Source: Hamiltosporidium tvaerminnensis FI-OER-3-3 (taxonomy: Eukaryota; Fungi; Microsporidia). Taken from it: DNA of 64,000 nt. The stretch is from assembly GCA_022605425.2 (NCBI GenBank), contig CM061248.1, forward strand, positions 124,001 through 188,000, read 5' to 3'. A model generated the notes under the pieces. It had not been told where the DNA came from. It did not search any database and saw only the letters and a list, made by a program, of their open reading frames with translations. Position 1 is the first letter of the stretch. Every line of letters begins with the position of its first letter. Positions 61,001-64,000 of this stretch are shown in pieces. The position numbers and the translations under genes are program-made.

Positions 61001-61744
61001 TAAACCTAAAACATGAAGAAAGAACAGATTATGAGATATTGATCATAAATTAAAAAACACGGATATAAAAGATTAAGAAATAAAATATGGAAAAAATATA
61101 AAAGAATATCTAAAAGAAATATAAACCATATTAATTTTTTTTTGTATAAATTTGAAGCATTTATTATATAATTGAACTATTTATTGTATTCATTTCATTT
61201 AGAGTCTGAAAACCTAAAAAACGTCGAAAATATGAATCTATAAATAACACACAAAAGTTCATTTGCACATATAGTTAAAATTTTTATCTTTATGTAAGAA
61301 AATGAATTATGTAGATACCAAATCTCAGTTATGTGTCTTAATAAACTTAAAATATTCGTCGGATTACAACACAACATACATCTAATGTAATGAATTTTAT
61401 TTTTTTTATTTTATTGTACTAAAGAAAGAGAACAAGATCAGAACAAAAACCATGAATAAAAAATCTTCAATATCTACAAACAAACATGTAACAAGTCGCT
61501 TAAAATCGGATGAGCTTTAGAAATAAAGACTAATTATACATCTGTATTATAGAGATTGAGTCACTTTAGTTTGATTTTCGTGATTCTAGAACAAATTTAG
61601 CCTCACTAACTTCAGCAAAGCCAATTTTTAATATCTTACACGTTATAATATAATAAAAACAATAGGAAAGTGTATACTACATCCCTATGATGTGCTAATT
61701 GTCCTCAATTATACATTATAAATACTTAAGTTTTTACTGCTTTC

Positions 61745-61861
61745 AGCTACGGCCATATCCAGAGTAAAGCACCGGAACTCGTCAGATCTCCGAAGTTAAA
61801 CTCCGAGAGCCAGGGTAGTACTAAGTAGGGCGACCGCTTGGGAACCTCTGGTGCCGTAGTT
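61745..61861 (+). rRNA. 5S rRNA (copy 4)
   Basis: As copy 1 (CTCCGAA, GCCAGGG) but about 1 nt shorter at GTTAAACTCC. Confidence 0.93.
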
Positions 61862-63523
61862 TTGCTTTTTGGATATGAGGTATGATTTTTTTTTCTATTT
61901 TTTTAAAAGATACATTGGTATGATATGAATAGTTCATTCAGAAAAAATAAGATTACTACATTTTGTCTTAGATTCAAAAAAATATTTTTAAATTCTTAAA
62001 TTGTCAATGGACATATGCACTTTACCTTAAAATCTTTACAACTTTTCTTATAAAACTTTCGTTTTTAAATTAATTGCGGAATATTGCATTTTTTTCAAAT
62101 CTTCTCATCCTATCATCTTATTTCATCACAAGAAAAGGAAAATTTTATTTTAAGATTTATATTTTAAAGCTATATTGGATTCACGGGTCATCATTTTGAT
62201 AAAATACGTTGTATGACTTAATAAATCTTAGTATTTAATTTTAGTATAAATATTTGAAGTCCGATTTTTTTGAGATTTGTTGGAATTTACTTAGATTACG
62301 TTGAGGAAAACAATATTATTTAAAGTAAACATGAGTATTTAATTTTGTAACTTAATTAATTTCATAAATATGTATTTATTTTTTAAACTTCACTTGAATT
62401 TTTTTTTATAAAAAATTTTAAAATTTAATATTTTGCTTATTAGCTGGGTATTTAAAGATATTTAAATTCTGATTCGTGATAAATATCATAAAATATTAAT
62501 TTAATAGGTTTTTCAAATGAGTAAAGATTTTTTTAATTTTAAAAGTGTGTTTTTAAAATTTAGACTGCTTATATGACACAGATTTAAATAAAAAAAATTA
62601 AATTTAGAATATTAGAAATCTGTATTCTTAATCTCTATAGCCTCCATGAAATTATAAAGATTATTTGGTAAAAAATATATTTCATTTTGTACTTGGAAGA
62701 TAATTAATATTTTTTTAAGTCAAAGATGTAAAAAAAATGCTCTAATATTTTTTAAGGTAAAACATTGCCGTGTTTTACATTTATGGCATATTAATTCCAT
62801 TAAATAATAGTTTGAACAACAAATATTAAAGATAAAAAATTACTATATTCATAAAAAAATTCAACTACGTCGTGTCAAGGTAGATTTGGAATACAAAGAT
62901 GAAACCGATTAATTATAATTTTTATAATATACTATCTTACTCATTCCGGTTTATTTTGTATCTCTCGGTGCTGATGATATTCTTATACTAAAGAAATCTT
63001 TATTAAAATTTTAATTCTGAGATTTCATGATTTATTTGATATTTATCTTATAAATGATTCTTTTTTCGATTTAATTCAATACTAAAGATATTACAGTTCT
63101 TTAAATAATTTTATGTACGTTTTCTCCTTCATATTTTGTTTTTTGGTTTATTTTATATTTATTTTAATGTTTTAATTCGGATCTGTCTTTAAAATATTAT
63201 CGAATCCACCTCTTCTTCTATTTTTGTCTATTTTCCATTACTTTTTCTTCATCTCAATATATTTAATTACTTTATTTATGTAAATTTCAATCGGTTGCTT
63301 TTTTTGTAACGAATCAGAGAAATATTTATCCTAAAATTCTTTATTCTCGTATTTTATTTTTGAAATTAAATATTAAATTTATAAGCAAAATTACAAATCT
63401 ATATTCTAAAGAAAATAAAAATTCCAACCGCTTATATAATAGCCATTGGTTACAATTAAAATGAATACAAATTTAAATTCTAATTCCTATCCCGATTATA
63501 AGTTAAGTAGTAGCCAATAGTTT

Positions 63524-63827
63524 CAATCAACCTCAACAAAATCTATATTCTAAAGAAAATAAAATTTCTAAGCTTTTTTTAAAATTAATAGTACTTTCAA
63601 TCAACCTCAACACAATCTATATTCTAAAGAAAATAAAATTTCTAAGCTTTTTTTAAAATTAATAGTACTTTCAATCAACCTCAACACAATCTATATTCTA
63701 AAGAAAATAAAATTTCTAAGCTTTTTTTAAAATTAATATTACTTTCAATCAACCTCAACACAATCTATATTCTAAAGAAAATAAAATTTCTAAGCTTTTT
63801 TTAAAATAAATATTACTTTCAATCAAT
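63524..63827. repeat. 74-bp minisatellite, 4 copies
   Basis: CAATCAACCTCAACACAATCTATATTCTAAAGAAAATAAAATTTCTAAGC... starting at 63524, 63598, 63672, 63746. Confidence 0.9.
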
Positions 63828-64000
63828 TCAAACCTCTGCTATTTGAGTCGTAAATATAGTTTTATTCAATTACACTTACATAACCCATGATATTATACAA
63901 GAAAGATTATAACGATTTAGTTGTTAAAAATATAAAAAACAGTAATTTTATTTCATCTGAACAAATAAAAAATGTAATTATAAAGATTTTTATAAATGAT

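Noticed and set aside
12007-61861. 5S pairs as young identical LTRs of independently inserted elements
   Set aside because: Variants are shared by position (copies 2+3 vs 1+4) rather than within a unit, flanks are only partly similar, and no TG..CA ends or TSD were found; only an ancient version of this idea remains possible
63524-63827. CRISPR-like array (also 28780-29130 and 29800-30170)
   Set aside because: Head-to-tail repeats without unique spacers, no cas genes, eukaryotic context

Overview
AT-rich, gene-sparse, repeat-rich eukaryotic DNA from a microsporidian. Evidence: compact fungal-type orthologs with no recognisable introns, a CCC motif just before most ATGs, and dispersed 5S rRNA genes. 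The low gene density, an LRR-family gene and Asn-rich in-frame insertions resemble Hamiltosporidium (inference). Recognisable genes: RAD14/XPA, EB1/BIM1, a UBA-UBX protein, RSA4/Notchless, RPA2 (Pol I second-largest subunit), DCP1, a Sir2-family deacetylase, LSM3, a probable reduced THOC1/Hpr1, and lineage-specific LRR, secreted and coiled-coil proteins. Four 5S genes form two oppositely oriented 5S-(5.2 kb)-5S units. Mobile DNA: an RLE-type non-LTR retrotransposon (one near-complete copy plus truncated copies with 12-15 bp TSDs), an RTE fragment, a decayed TIR/integrase (Ginger-like) element, and two SINE-like families sharing an unidentified 5' head. The most striking signal is a 7-kb island (about 27.6-35 kb) where RSA4 and RPA2 are interrupted by quasi-palindromic coding insertions built from an AACA-GGG/CCC-TGTT hairpin motif. 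These run G-rich then C-rich and recur about every 500-650 bp. Several single-base frameshifts in conserved genes suggest residual indel errors in the assembly. All alignments, identities and boundaries were estimated by eye.
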